A stretch of 64,000 nt of DNA from the IMG/VR virus record IMGVR_UViG_3300021964_000017; one strand, written 5' to 3'. The position numbers and the translations under genes are program-made. Position 1 is the stretch's first letter. Each line of letters begins with the position of its first letter. Shown piece after piece: positions 45,440-56,314 of the stretch. The stretch comes from a virus. Below the pieces are notes generated by a model that was not told where the DNA came from, searched no databases, and was given only the letters and a program-made list of their open reading frames with translations.

Positions 45440-45967
45440 TTACGAAGTGGTGTTTGATTCCCAGTACTGGACTTGGAACTCAACAGTGAATCGTTCAATC
45501 TCATTTTCTGATGCATAGCTCAGATCGATTGGTGATACAGCTGTTGGGAAACAACCGCGGAAGTTATATGTCTTAATTGTAGAACCATCTTTATCAAGTT
45601 GCTCTACAACAAGATCAGCTTCGTAATCAACTACGTTTACAAGACCGGTGTTTGCACTGTGTGCATTCATACCGTTCATCCAACGCTCCATTGAGTCACG
45701 AATTACAAAATCCGTATCGTTAATGATAGTTGGAGTCCATACATCAAATGTACGATCTCCAGCCATTTTCAATTGTCTACCTCTGAATGGGACAACAATC
45801 GGTGAGATTGTTGAACCAGGTAGCTGTGCTGCCTCACAGAGGAATGAAGATGCTTCTACATCGCCCCCTGCATAAGCTGGGAAGTTGATTGTCGCTTTGA
45901 ACAGATTAGGTCTAGCGCCGCCACCTCTCAGCTTGGCTTTAAAGTCGTCTACTCCTAGAATAGCCAT
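45440..45967 (-). CDS. gp19: tail tube protein
   Basis: GGARPNLF, F.GR.LK.AGDRTFD.W, FP..VS.I.L. Confidence 0.95.
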   Translation of the reverse strand: MAILGVDDFKAKLRGGGARPNLFKATINFPAYAGGDVEASSFLCEAAQLPGSTISPIVVPFRGRQLKMAGDRTFDVWTPTIINDTDFVIRDSMERWMNGMNAHSANTGLVNVVDYEADLVVEQLDKDGSTIKTYNFRGCFPTAVSPIDLSYASENEIERFTVEFQVQYWESNTTS

Positions 45968-45987
45968 TTATTTACTCCTCTGACCTG

Positions 45988-47709
45988 TTATACTGTGCCT
46001 GCGACTTCTTCGAAGTCAACACCAGTTCTAACAGCTACGAAGTTCAGAGTTACGTAGTTAATTGAACGTGCGGGCTTGACGAAGATGTTCGCGATGAATT
46101 CATTGCGGTCTACAACTGCTGCTCCATTGTTGGTTGCATCGCAAACAACTTTGAAGTCTGTAATACCACGGCGACCTTGAATCTCTCTCAAGAATGGCTC
46201 TACAATGTTTACAAACTCAGCGCGAGTAAACTCATCGTTGAATTCAAACATTACATTTCTAGCCGCTGCTGCAATCGCTCTTTCCATGACAAGGAACAAT
46301 CTACGAACATTAACTCTATCAAATGCAGATGGTCTGTTCAAGAATGTTTTGTCACCAAAAAGCAGAATGCCTTGGCCAGGAATGTTTGCCACAGGATTGA
46401 CTCCAGCTTTATATAGTGCATCTCTTTGTGCCTTTGTAGGAGAATAAGACAAAGCTGTCACACCAAAGTACTGTCCACGTCTCTGACCTGCTGGTGAGAA
46501 CCATGGAGCTGCGTTAGCGTCTGTGGCTGCCATTACACCTGCTGTTGTTGATGCAGCTGGGATAAAGACATATTGGTCGTTAAATTTGTCGTAGACTTTA
46601 AGGTAGTTATTGTCTACAACTAGGTATGAAGAACTGTTGAAAGATCCTACTGTAGTAGTTGTTGCCGAGACTGGAGTAGAGTTGTTAACAACTGCTGCTC
46701 TGTCTGGAGAGGTTACTACTACACAATCTTTTCTAGTTGTACCTGCGATACCTACTAGATTGTTTACTACTGTTGCCTGGTCAGCGGCGTTTGCCATACC
46801 AGGTGCAATCAAAAAGTCAACCTGGATGGTGTCTGTATCTTTGTACAAATCAAAGCCAGTTGCTACTTCAGTAGTTGTCAGAGAACCTGAATCAACACCA
46901 CCAGTAAGAGACTTACTAATTGCTGCTGATGGGTTGCCAAAAGTTAGACCTGAAGCTGCAGAACCTGCATTTGTCATTGTAGAAAGATCACCGTCCCAAT
47001 GTGCCAACCACACGTAGTTGGAACTAGAGTTGATTACATCTAGTGCATAGTTTGATGAGCCGTCAGTTGCTTTTGCATCACTGGCCATAGATACGAATGC
47101 AAATCTTTCGAGAACAGTTCCTACTGTACCTGAAAATTCACCATCTTCGTCTACAACTACAACATGACACTCATCACCTGAAGCGCTTCTGGCAGATGCG
47201 TATGCTGATGTTCCTGGTGCCGCGTCGAACTCACTATTGTAAGCCCATGCTGCAAATCCTGCCGCTGTACAAATATCTACTTTAAGTGAGTTGCCGAGCG
47301 CGCCGGCCCATTTAGCAATCCAGGCACCTACGTTGGTATCGCCTGAGTCTGCACCAAATGCACTTTTTACTGTCTCCCAATGATCCTTGTTGTTAACTGT
47401 TGTTACAACAGATGTTGAGGAGGTTGCGTTTTTAGCTGCTGATGTAATCTCGCGAACGACAAACATTGCAGCGGAATATCTTAGAAATTGTGCTGCGGAC
47501 AAAAAGTCTACTGCACCAGTTGCTGTGGGGGATCCAAACTTCTCGGCAAGCGTGGCCTCTGTGTCAACCAGAGTAGCTTTCTTTGCTGGACCCCAGCGAA
47601 AATTTCCTACGAAAGCACCAGTAGTTGACTGTACATTAGGGACAAAACCCGAAAGGTCAACTTCCTTAACTGTAATCGCAGGAGATTCAGAGGGACTAAA
47701 TACTGCCAT
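45988..47709 (-). CDS. gp18: tail sheath protein
   Basis: SP.I.V.E.D, F.WGP, PWFSPAG..RG, SAFDR.NVRRLF, FEFND, KPARSIN; late promoter 47770-47777. Confidence 0.97.
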   Translation of the reverse strand: MAVFSPSESPAITVKEVDLSGFVPNVQSTTGAFVGNFRWGPAKKATLVDTEATLAEKFGSPTATGAVDFLSAAQFLRYSAAMFVVREITSAAKNATSSTSVVTTVNNKDHWETVKSAFGADSGDTNVGAWIAKWAGALGNSLKVDICTAAGFAAWAYNSEFDAAPGTSAYASARSASGDECHVVVVDEDGEFSGTVGTVLERFAFVSMASDAKATDGSSNYALDVINSSSNYVWLAHWDGDLSTMTNAGSAASGLTFGNPSAAISKSLTGGVDSGSLTTTEVATGFDLYKDTDTIQVDFLIAPGMANAADQATVVNNLVGIAGTTRKDCVVVTSPDRAAVVNNSTPVSATTTTVGSFNSSSYLVVDNNYLKVYDKFNDQYVFIPAASTTAGVMAATDANAAPWFSPAGQRRGQYFGVTALSYSPTKAQRDALYKAGVNPVANIPGQGILLFGDKTFLNRPSAFDRVNVRRLFLVMERAIAAAARNVMFEFNDEFTRAEFVNIVEPFLREIQGRRGITDFKVVCDATNNGAAVVDRNEFIANIFVKPARSINYVTLNFVAVRTGVDFEEVAGTV

Positions 47710-47789
47710 TTCTCTTTTCCTTTTGAGTTAATGATAAGATGTCATAATAAGGCTATGTTCAATTACCATTATTTATAACATTTTAAAAC

Positions 47790-49400
47790 TCAGTAATATT
47801 CTTCCACCCAAGGCTTTCCACCATGAATATTCCATTCATCAGGTTCAGGTTCAGGAAGTATCTGATCTAATCCATCATCATGATATCCCCAATCAAGAAT
47901 ATCATTTTCAATCTCTGACATTCTTTGTTTGAACATCATCTCTTTCATATTAATATCTGTCATCTCAAGAAACAGATCGCCCAATGTAAAGTAACCAAAC
48001 ATAACAAGGTTCATCATTAAATCATCATGATTGCCATCAGACGCCTCATACGACTGACCTTTAGCAACAAATGTAGACATCTCAATAATAGTTTCTTGGT
48101 CATGAATATTTAGTTTATTGCTTTCAAGAATGTCTTTGATTGTTGAACATCCAAGCCGTTTAACTTTCTTATTCATTGTAACACCAAGACCATTAGCCTT
48201 CAATGCTGATTCAAGATGTAGGTTCTCATATTCCAATTCATAGTATAACCCATTACATACAATGGATCCTTGGTCATTATTCTCTACAACAACATACGCT
48301 TCATTGTAGTTCTTTGCGTACTTATATATCATGTTGGGAAATAAGATTGGAGACATCTTATTGTTTCTGTATACACATACCTGTTCAAATGGTGAAGTTG
48401 ATATGTCTATAATATTGAAAGTAGAGTAATCACCACCAACGCCTTTAGCAACGTCGACAGTACAAATATAGCGGTGATCTTTTTCGGGTTCTTTATATAC
48501 AAGGAGTGAGCCTCCTTCCAACGCAACGATAGGATTTTTAGCGCGAAGTCCCATGAGAGTTGCACCATCGATTAACGTGTCCCCTGTTCCAAAAAAGGTG
48601 TTGCCAAACTCTTGATCAAACTGTAGCTTAGATGTGTTGGCAATTGTTTGTTCCTTCCATTGTTCATCTCGACCTGGAACATCATACCAATCAACTCTGA
48701 AAGGTTTGTACTCGTTTGTCTTCTGAACAGCACCTTCCCACAGTCTATGATACATGTTCCCAATACCATTGGCAGTGGAAGTGATAATAACTTTAGTGTT
48801 CTTACCAGATGCAATAACAGGATATGTTGAAGTATAGAAGGTAGCAGCATCTTCAACAAATGCAAACTCGTCGAGGTATAGCAAGTTAACAGACATACCA
48901 CGAATCGATGATCCAGATGTCGCTGCTGATACAATTCGAGAGTTATTACTAAACTCAATAGAACGCTTGTTGAGAGCTTTTGTCCCAGGTTGTAGAAAGA
49001 ATGGAAGGTTCTCTAACATAAGAGTTACCCTCATCAACATCTCTTGTGCTGTTGCACCTTTGTTGGCTAGAATAGCAATAGTCTGATCTGGATGGAATGT
49101 TGCATACCATAGAAGATATGCTACTGATGATATTGACTTACCTGACTGTCGACAAGCAAGCACAATGGAGAATCTGTTATCATCAAAATGATTAAACATC
49201 TTCTGTTGATAAGGATATAGATCAAACGGAACCAGACCTCTATCGAGGTTAATTACCTTACAATAATTGATAGCAAAGTATGCAGGATCTTTACTGCATT
49301 TTATATACTCATCTACTTCATATTGAGTGTATTGTTGTACAGCCCCATCACGCTTTACGTTGATGTTACCATTATATGAGTCATTCATCATTCTGTTCAA
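47790..49400 (-). CDS. gp17: terminase large subunit
   Basis: RQSGKS, LDEFAF, ITSTANG, QEF, DVAKG.G.DYS, HDDLMM. Confidence 0.97.
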   Translation of the reverse strand: MNRMMNDSYNGNINVKRDGAVQQYTQYEVDEYIKCSKDPAYFAINYCKVINLDRGLVPFDLYPYQQKMFNHFDDNRFSIVLACRQSGKSISSVAYLLWYATFHPDQTIAILANKGATAQEMLMRVTLMLENLPFFLQPGTKALNKRSIEFSNNSRIVSAATSGSSIRGMSVNLLYLDEFAFVEDAATFYTSTYPVIASGKNTKVIITSTANGIGNMYHRLWEGAVQKTNEYKPFRVDWYDVPGRDEQWKEQTIANTSKLQFDQEFGNTFFGTGDTLIDGATLMGLRAKNPIVALEGGSLLVYKEPEKDHRYICTVDVAKGVGGDYSTFNIIDISTSPFEQVCVYRNNKMSPILFPNMIYKYAKNYNEAYVVVENNDQGSIVCNGLYYELEYENLHLESALKANGLGVTMNKKVKRLGCSTIKDILESNKLNIHDQETIIEMSTFVAKGQSYEASDGNHDDLMMNLVMFGYFTLGDLFLEMTDINMKEMMFKQRMSEIENDILDWGYHDDGLDQILPEPEPDEWNIHGGKPWVEEYY

Positions 49401-49761
49401 TTGGTGTTACATCTTTCATCAATATCTTTTGCAGGTCAGCTGTTGATCCCACAAAAACATTATTATTAGTAGTACCAGTTGGAAGAGCAGGAGTATCCTT
49501 TTTTTCCATATCATGCTTCTTCTTGTGTAGGTCCATAAGAGAGCCGTTAATATCACCCATGTTCTTCATCATACCAGAGAGAACTTCAAACGCTCGAGGG
49601 TGCTCTGTAGCTCGAGCAACTTCCATCATATCTTCAAGAGCTTCAGAGCCCTTTGCTAAAAGATCGTGATAGATCTGTCTCGAGTACTCAAAGTCGTTTT
49701 CTTTATTATCATTCGAACTCATAGTCATATTCTTCCAAGAATCCATAATCACTGTCTGCAC
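49381..49761 (-). CDS. gp16: terminase small subunit
   Basis: DFEYSR, EHPRAFEV, NNVFVGSTADLQK. Confidence 0.92.
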   Translation of the reverse strand: MQTVIMDSWKNMTMSSNDNKENDFEYSRQIYHDLLAKGSEALEDMMEVARATEHPRAFEVLSGMMKNMGDINGSLMDLHKKKHDMEKKDTPALPTGTTNNNVFVGSTADLQKILMKDVTPIEQNDE

Positions 49762-50476
49762 TTACACCTGCAGGTGTGGGTGTAATTGTCATAGTTAAGT
49801 AATCACTATCAGCAATGCCTTTACTGTCTAAATCAATTTTAGGAATAGATTTTGTAATTACTTTACCATTGTTAAGTGGGCCATAGAAGTTAACTTTCAT
49901 ATCAAAATTCATTGTGTATATAATAGTTCTTCTTGACGCTAGATCACCCTCATAATCATCGTTGAAATCAACACTGGTAATAGTGATTGGAACATCTTCA
50001 ATTACGTTGGGGTAATCTGTAAAAGGTTTTATTGAAACATTATATTGTGGATTAAAATATGGTAAAATCTGCTCGACAATTTGAAGAGCATCATTCTGAG
50101 TTTTTGAATAAATATTCATTTGAAAACTAATAGTATATGGGACAAATGTGTTTATCTTTGTTCGTAGAGACGACGATGTCCCAGCTTGCTGAAAGTTTGT
50201 TGTTTTTTGCAGTTGTCTTGCTGGATCATAATTAATACCTACAATTTCAAAAGACATCCTAGGTAATTTAATTGCTACTCGTTGACCTTCTCCTAAATCA
50301 GCTTGTTCCCTAATCCTATCTAAAAATTTAGAACGAGGTGCATATGAAAGCGGAACTTTAACCTGACTGACAACTTGATTTGATGCGCCAACTCTCAGGA
50401 CGTATATATCGTTGAATAGTCTACCAAATGTAGCTACTGACTTTCGGATCCGTTCGTGATAGAAATAAGTAAACAT
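49709..50476 (-). CDS. gp15: tail sheath stabilizer / tail terminator
   Basis: YFYH..IRK....FG.LFN, VPLSY.P, LPRMSFE, QIVEQILPYF.P. Confidence 0.95.
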   Translation of the reverse strand: MFTYFYHERIRKSVATFGRLFNDIYVLRVGASNQVVSQVKVPLSYAPRSKFLDRIREQADLGEGQRVAIKLPRMSFEIVGINYDPARQLQKTTNFQQAGTSSSLRTKINTFVPYTISFQMNIYSKTQNDALQIVEQILPYFNPQYNVSIKPFTDYPNVIEDVPITITSVDFNDDYEGDLASRRTIIYTMNFDMKVNFYGPLNNGKVITKSIPKIDLDSKGIADSDYLTMTITPTPAGVSADSDYGFLEEYDYEFE

Positions 50477-51510
50477 TATGGCTCTCCGAATGGATTATTC
50501 TCAGAGAAGTCTAAGAAATCGGTTAATGTATCAAAGTAATCATTCTGCTCGTTTGCTGAAATCTTATTTTCTTCTGTCACTGAGAGAACTTCTCTCGTAT
50601 ATGTTGGACTACTTCCGGGACCTGAGAATACAATATCACTTCCCACAGCAAAAGTGTGATATTTTCCGTCATCTGCACCAACATGTACAAGATGTAAAAT
50701 ACCGTCTGAATCAGAGTACTTCGAGATCTCTCCTCTTATTTTTACACCACCTGATAATGTTTGGGTTGCGCTGTCGCCTTGTGATATATTAGTTCGTGGC
50801 GCTGTGGAAAATGTAATTGTAGGTGCAGTCACATAACCACCACCAATATCCGTTATTGACAATGCATTAACTGCTCCCCTACTATCGATAGTAGCGGATG
50901 CTGTTGCCCTAAAATCATTCGCTGTGCCACTAGCGGAGTCAATTGTTACTGATGGCGCAGAGTCGTAATCGGTACCTCCTAAAACAACATTAATACTACT
51001 TAATTTACCACCATCAGATCGATTAGTTCCACTTACTATAGCTGTTGCTGTTGTACCAGCTCTGGTACTGTCGATGTTAATTGTCGCAGCTTGCTCAGGG
51101 TTACTAAGAACAGTTGATACTACATCTCCTACAACGTAATTTTTACCACCATCAACAATAGTAAAACTTACTAAACCACCAGTGCTTGTAGATCTGATTA
51201 TAAGTCCAGTTCCCGACCCACCTGTTGTATTATAGTTTTGACCATTTATGTGACTCACACCAGTTGTGGCAATGCTTGCTCCGTCCACAATACCAGACTT
51301 TGGTGGACCAATTGTTACGTCAGGAATACTTGTGTAATACGCACCAGAATCTACTAAGCTAATTGCATTAACCACACCACCTGCACTCACAGTTGCTGTT
51401 GCTGTTGCAACAGCAGAATCAAGGTCAGGTATTGAGATTGTGATTGTGGGAGCTGATGTATACCCATATCCTGAATCGGTAAGTGAAAGTGATGTAATAG
51501 GACCCGCCAT
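50476..51510 (-). CDS. C-terminal half of split neck protein gp14 (GxGYTSAP repeats)
   Basis: Repeated G.GY..AP.(I/V)T units; ends with gp14-type QN..F....DFLDFSENNPFG. Confidence 0.75.
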   Translation of the reverse strand: MAGPITSLSLTDSGYGYTSAPTITISIPDLDSAVATATATVSAGGVVNAISLVDSGAYYTSIPDVTIGPPKSGIVDGASIATTGVSHINGQNYNTTGGSGTGLIIRSTSTGGLVSFTIVDGGKNYVVGDVVSTVLSNPEQAATINIDSTRAGTTATAIVSGTNRSDGGKLSSINVVLGGTDYDSAPSVTIDSASGTANDFRATASATIDSRGAVNALSITDIGGGYVTAPTITFSTAPRTNISQGDSATQTLSGGVKIRGEISKYSDSDGILHLVHVGADDGKYHTFAVGSDIVFSGPGSSPTYTREVLSVTEENKISANEQNDYFDTLTDFLDFSENNPFGEP

Positions 51511-52106
51511 TATGTTATACTCACTGTAGCAGTTGCTGTCTTAGCTGGGGGTACAGTAACTTTGTATGTGTACGCATAATCCACTTCAACCGAATCAACA
51601 TCCAGAATATTCGTATCCATATCCTCATCACCATATTCAAACAACTCACAACGGAGTTTAAACGTGGGTAGATTGTTTAACTGATAGAATGGCTGCTCGT
51701 GTTCAACGTGTGTGATCTCAAATATTTTACGAGAGAACGGAATGTAAAGTAAGTCACCTTCTTTGGGTCTATCAATCACAATTTCATTATCATGTCTGTA
51801 TACTGTTTGCGACCATCTACGGCGGGCAACAACAAAAGTGGCCTGGTCTCTAATTTCCACACCAAACTTAGTAAACAGATCACCTTCACCATCAAAACCA
51901 TCTACATTTTCAATATACATTTCAATCTTATATGATGAATTGAATCGTGAAGGAACATCTTCGCCCAACACTCTATCTTCATTCACAAGATCTCTTGGCA
52001 AATAGTAAATATCTTGACCATAGATTTTCAACGACTCTATGACAATATCTTCATAAAGACTCTGTTCTGATCGTACCGATTGACTGAAATATGGATTAGT
52101 TGCCAT
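51510..52106 (-). CDS. gp14: neck protein gp14, N-terminal core
   Basis: NPYF, EQ.L..D...ES...YG.D..Y.PR, KFG.E.RD, P.EGDL.Y.P, FEI..VEHE.PFYQL. Confidence 0.92.
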   Translation of the reverse strand: MATNPYFSQSVRSEQSLYEDIVIESLKIYGQDIYYLPRDLVNEDRVLGEDVPSRFNSSYKIEMYIENVDGFDGEGDLFTKFGVEIRDQATFVVARRRWSQTVYRHDNEIVIDRPKEGDLLYIPFSRKIFEITHVEHEQPFYQLNNLPTFKLRCELFEYGDEDMDTNILDVDSVEVDYAYTYKVTVPPAKTATATVSIT

Positions 52107-52109
52107 TGT

Positions 52110-52862
52110 TTATCCCACAAAGAAGTCTGCTGGCATCTCATGTTCAAGTCTGATCGTTTCTCTCAATCGCTCAATATCACCAGTTGCATCATCGTACAGT
52201 TGTCTACCATTAATCATAACACCGCCAGGTAGTTGCATACCCTCAAACTTCATTAGGTTTGCGCCCCATTGTTGTTTGATAAGAGCTGTGGTATATTCTT
52301 TTAGCCACATGTCATTATAGACTTTTGTGTGTGTATCTGCATCTATTGTTTCATAGATCTCTGCTACAATATAATCCCCAGCTTTAAGATCACCATCCTG
52401 GAATTCACCATGAATGTACAATCTGTTCTGCTTACGTGCAAATGTAATCTGTGGGGTACCATTAAGTCTCATGTCGAGCAAAGAAAGATACTGCTGCATC
52501 TGCTCATAATAAGCTAGATCTCCAATATATGAATGCATGTTAGCAATATCATTTAGATGTAATTGATACTTTATATCAAAGAAGTTCCGTGTAGAAGCAT
52601 CTCCATGCACTTTAAACATTTTTGATACAAACTGCACGTTGGAACTTAAAGTAATGTATTCATTGGTAACGTCATCAGCAGTCACTTGATGCTTAAGAAA
52701 AGTTCTAAGAGTGGCATCAGAATTAAACTCTTGATAGTACTGAATAGCCTCATCAACACGATCTTCTTGCTGATCAGGATCGACGTTGATCTCGATGACG
52801 GGATCACCTAGTCTACGTAGACAATACTCTATAAGAGTAGCTCTTGATGTTGGATTTGCCAT
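52110..52862 (-). CDS. gp13: neck protein
   Basis: YCLRRLG.PVI.INV, W.K.Y.TALIK.QWG.NL.KF.G..LPGG; late promoter 52891-52898. Confidence 0.95.
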   Translation of the reverse strand: MANPTSRATLIEYCLRRLGDPVIEINVDPDQQEDRVDEAIQYYQEFNSDATLRTFLKHQVTADDVTNEYITLSSNVQFVSKMFKVHGDASTRNFFDIKYQLHLNDIANMHSYIGDLAYYEQMQQYLSLLDMRLNGTPQITFARKQNRLYIHGEFQDGDLKAGDYIVAEIYETIDADTHTKVYNDMWLKEYTTALIKQQWGANLMKFEGMQLPGGVMINGRQLYDDATGDIERLRETIRLEHEMPADFFVG

Positions 52863-52904
52863 AACTTTATCCTCTAAGCAATATTAATACTATTTATAAA
52901 GCTA

Positions 52905-53150
52905 TTAATAGGTGTTTGCTACGCCGCCGTCTATTAGTGTCACGCGTGTTGTAACATAATCTGAATCTACAAGATCTTGTGTTACCGTGCCTCCAGCAAC
53001 ATAACCGAGTGAACTCCACGCAGTTGTCCCGTCACCAAGTTTTAGTTGACTAGTATTGGTCTCAACCCCCAATTCACCTTCTGATAAAATTGGATTGTTT
53101 GATGTCCAATTAGAAGCGGTGTCACGCCTTAACTGTAATTTTACTGCCAT
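52905..53150 (-). CDS. stand-alone Mtd-N / hyaluronidase-N-like fibre attachment domain
   Basis: QLRRDTA.NW...NP.L..GE.G.ET.T...K.GDG.TAW..L.Y. Confidence 0.75.
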   Translation of the reverse strand: MAVKLQLRRDTASNWTSNNPILSEGELGVETNTSQLKLGDGTTAWSSLGYVAGGTVTQDLVDSDYVTTRVTLIDGGVANTY

Positions 53151-53200
53151 AGAAATGTTCCTTTTTAACTCATAATAAAATCATATTTGGGTAATTGATA

Positions 53201-53665
53201 CTACGACCAATCTTCCTTAACGGGATTTGACCCGTATCCAGGAAACAATGTGTTTATAACCCCGTCTTCCCTAGGCAGATCTATACTATTATCAACAGAA
53301 TTGGGTCGTCTTCGAATCAAATTTTGCACTCCAATTCTACTACCTGTTAATAGAGTATTATAAGGAGAGTTGTCTGAATCACCAGCTAACAGATCACTAT
53401 CATAAAATAAACTTTTAGCATGAAGATTGTCACTATCGTACCATCTTAATATATTACTCTTAGCAAAGTTTGTTGTACCCGCTGAGATATATACAAGGTT
53501 TCCAATGTGTCCATATCCATCACTATCAGCTGAATCTAACATAAATTGTGTAAAGTGACGGGCTTCTTTCCAACCTACCCATGTTAGAGGGTATATAGTA
53601 TAATCTGAATCCACGGCACTTGTAATGTCTACAGCAGAATCCGGATGTAAATGTTCTAATGGCAT
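53201..53665 (-). CDS. hypothetical virion-module protein, Asp-Ser rich
   Basis: ORF track; seven DS motifs. Confidence 0.6.
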   Translation of the reverse strand: MPLEHLHPDSAVDITSAVDSDYTIYPLTWVGWKEARHFTQFMLDSADSDGYGHIGNLVYISAGTTNFAKSNILRWYDSDNLHAKSLFYDSDLLAGDSDNSPYNTLLTGSRIGVQNLIRRRPNSVDNSIDLPREDGVINTLFPGYGSNPVKEDWS

Positions 53666-53705
53666 ATCATACCCTCTTTAGATCTGGTATATTATAAAAT
53701 AATTA

Positions 53706-54953
53706 TTAATCGATTTCCATCATCCATGGTGATGAATTTGAATTGCCAAATAATTTATATTTCTTTCCGTTAATTGTAATTTCATCACCACTCACTCCCA
53801 TATCTCGAGATCCTTTATAAACACCACAAGTTGATGAAAAATCCAACACACCAGATCTCCAACTCGACATTTCAATTTGCCAAGGAGTCATAGGCAGAAT
53901 CTTTGTCCCGTCTGATTGTCTTGACATTCCCTGGCGGCCCCCGCCGGTACCTACAGCTTCTGAAGCATTGTGGCCAGGGCCTGGTGTATAGTAATTGGTA
54001 AATCCTCGTCCAAACGTCATATGATTGTTCCAATCGTTGGTGAAATAAGCGTAGTTGTCATTCTGGTACGATCTCGTCCCTCCATCTGTCCCATTATCTC
54101 CCACGGATTTGCACATCAACGAATAGAACCCCACATTTTGATTCCATATTCTAAAATGACTAAACCAAGGTTTTCTCGATTGGTAATAATCATAGTGTGA
54201 ACCGTATGGAAAAGCAATATAGGGTATTGGATAGTAGTTGTAACTCGTATTATTCCAATACCCCGATTCGCAATCTTTAGCGTAGGTGTACGTTTGATTT
54301 GTGCTCATACCTGAGGTAGCGTAGTTTTTCGAGAGGGACCACCAGTTAGTAGACAAATAACAGTGTGCTGTTAGATCATGATATTTTGTCCACCCATTTG
54401 TCTTCCACTCAAAAGATCCCTGCCATTTCGGACCGTCGATGACGGTGTTGTAGGCTTGATTTGCTCCCACAAGCACTAATTTTCTAGGAGTAGCAAAAAT
54501 CTCAATATCCCCAGCTATCCCATGAGACATAAGATGTGAGTGTGTCGTGTTGCTGGATGAGTATCCAAATATTTGTTCTTGAGATTCACCATAATCTCCA
54601 ACTGTACTAAGTAATGGATTTACTAATCCATTAGTGTTATTATAGACAGTCGAACTTGATATTGTACCTGGAAAAGTAATTATAACAGTTTTAGTCTTAC
54701 CATCCACAGTATTGCACTGTAGATAATATTTACCATCCTGTGTATAAGTTGCACTACCTGTTCCTAAAGTTTGGCCAGTCACGTGGGCCCAACCACTGTT
54801 TTTTCCAGCAATTAGTTTGCTGTTATTTACATTGATATATTCAAGGTCATTTAAGTTTGCAGTACCTCCATTCGAGGCTACAATAATCCTTACAATATCT
54901 CTAACTTTCTCCATCGGCTTAGTACCGCCTAGGAAATTTAATTTTGCATACAT
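53706..54953 (-). CDS. putative virion/receptor-binding protein, paralog B
   Basis: Shares N-terminus, IFATPRKL and C-terminal GDE.TI.GK.Y with 54959..56272. Confidence 0.65.
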   Translation of the reverse strand: MYAKLNFLGGTKPMEKVRDIVRIIVASNGGTANLNDLEYINVNNSKLIAGKNSGWAHVTGQTLGTGSATYTQDGKYYLQCNTVDGKTKTVIITFPGTISSSTVYNNTNGLVNPLLSTVGDYGESQEQIFGYSSSNTTHSHLMSHGIAGDIEIFATPRKLVLVGANQAYNTVIDGPKWQGSFEWKTNGWTKYHDLTAHCYLSTNWWSLSKNYATSGMSTNQTYTYAKDCESGYWNNTSYNYYPIPYIAFPYGSHYDYYQSRKPWFSHFRIWNQNVGFYSLMCKSVGDNGTDGGTRSYQNDNYAYFTNDWNNHMTFGRGFTNYYTPGPGHNASEAVGTGGGRQGMSRQSDGTKILPMTPWQIEMSSWRSGVLDFSSTCGVYKGSRDMGVSGDEITINGKKYKLFGNSNSSPWMMEID

Positions 54954-54958
54954 ATCAG

Positions 54959-56272
54959 TTATTCTTTCTCGATTAAAAGTGCACCTTTGGCGTATTGCTC
55001 AGAGTAATAGAAGTAATCTTTACCGTCAATTGTGAGTTCATCGCCGCATGATCCCAAGCCTCCGACTGTTATGAACATCCCACAGGTGTTATGAAATTTC
55101 ATAGACCCGGTACCGATCTGTTTTAACTCACCTACACATGGAATCATAGGGAATATAGTTGATCCATCTGAATCTATTAGACCATAATCCGGCTGGTAGG
55201 TATTACTACCCCCATTGTATATTCGATACATCTCTTGGGGCTCAAAGAAAGCAAATGAAGATTCCGTGAAATCATCTTGAGCTTGCCCTGGTTGTCCGTC
55301 ATATCGTTTACCTGTGGAGTAAAAGGGAGTTCCCCCATCGCGTGTTCCGTTTGAATATTGTGTCACTGAGTGGAATCCACCTGTGTCGGTACTGGTGGCG
55401 CCGAACACTCTAATCTGGCGAGAGACCACTCCCGAGTTCACATCATCTGGAAAATGGGAAAAATGAATCTCTGAAAATCCACCACCCATAGTCGATTGTT
55501 GATATGCGCCCGCATCGTCAATTTGACTGTTCTGGTCATACGGGCCTGTGAACATATTGAGAAGACCTGGATAACTGGTGTACCAGCCCAGGTCCCTGGA
55601 TCCATACGCTTTGGTTCTAGAGTGTAGACAGCACGTAGGATTTGTACCATAATATAGGGAAGTTCCATTTTCTTCATACTCAACATTAGCCATCATGGTT
55701 GGGGCATAGTAGCTATATACATATGAAGTTCCAATAAAAATAAGTTTGCGTGGTGTGGCAAAAATAGTAATCGTCGTAGAGGGGCTATTGCCGGCGTGGC
55801 CACCCAGCGCGAATCCATAATGCCTAAATCCTGTACCGCCTGTGCCAATATCCTGGGTCTCTGTAACACTTTCTGCACCAGTTACGCCGTACTCCAGCAC
55901 CGGCATCATACAATTATTTATATAAGGGTAGGAGTCGCTCCAGTTAGCGGAGTTGTCCCAGGCATTGTTGGTATAGATCCCAACATATTTTTTCTTGACC
56001 CCATCTGCGCAAGTACCTTCGAGCGCATAATATGAATCAGATTGCCCCACCGCTGTACCTGCAGCTGGTAATGCCGCAGGCGCAATATCAGAACCAGTGG
56101 CGATAGACCACCCACTATTTACACCCGCTACTAATGTTGATCCAGCCACATCAATAAACTCTAAATTGCTTAGGTTTGCACTACCTGTGCTTGAATCGTG
56201 AATAAGCCGCGCTATATCCCTATTACGTTTATTGGCCGACAGGCCGCCTGGAAAGGTTAGTCTAGCGAACAT
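54959..56272 (-). CDS. putative virion/receptor-binding protein, paralog A
   Basis: As above; late promoter at 56301-56308. Confidence 0.65.
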   Translation of the reverse strand: MFARLTFPGGLSANKRNRDIARLIHDSSTGSANLSNLEFIDVAGSTLVAGVNSGWSIATGSDIAPAALPAAGTAVGQSDSYYALEGTCADGVKKKYVGIYTNNAWDNSANWSDSYPYINNCMMPVLEYGVTGAESVTETQDIGTGGTGFRHYGFALGGHAGNSPSTTITIFATPRKLIFIGTSYVYSYYAPTMMANVEYEENGTSLYYGTNPTCCLHSRTKAYGSRDLGWYTSYPGLLNMFTGPYDQNSQIDDAGAYQQSTMGGGFSEIHFSHFPDDVNSGVVSRQIRVFGATSTDTGGFHSVTQYSNGTRDGGTPFYSTGKRYDGQPGQAQDDFTESSFAFFEPQEMYRIYNGGSNTYQPDYGLIDSDGSTIFPMIPCVGELKQIGTGSMKFHNTCGMFITVGGLGSCGDELTIDGKDYFYYSEQYAKGALLIEKE

Positions 56273-56314
56273 AGTTTAAAATCCTTTGTAGATATAACAT
56301 TATTTATAATTGTT

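Noticed and set aside
25295-49400. Introns or inteins in gp43, gp23, gp20, gp17
   Set aside because: All are uninterrupted and of normal length
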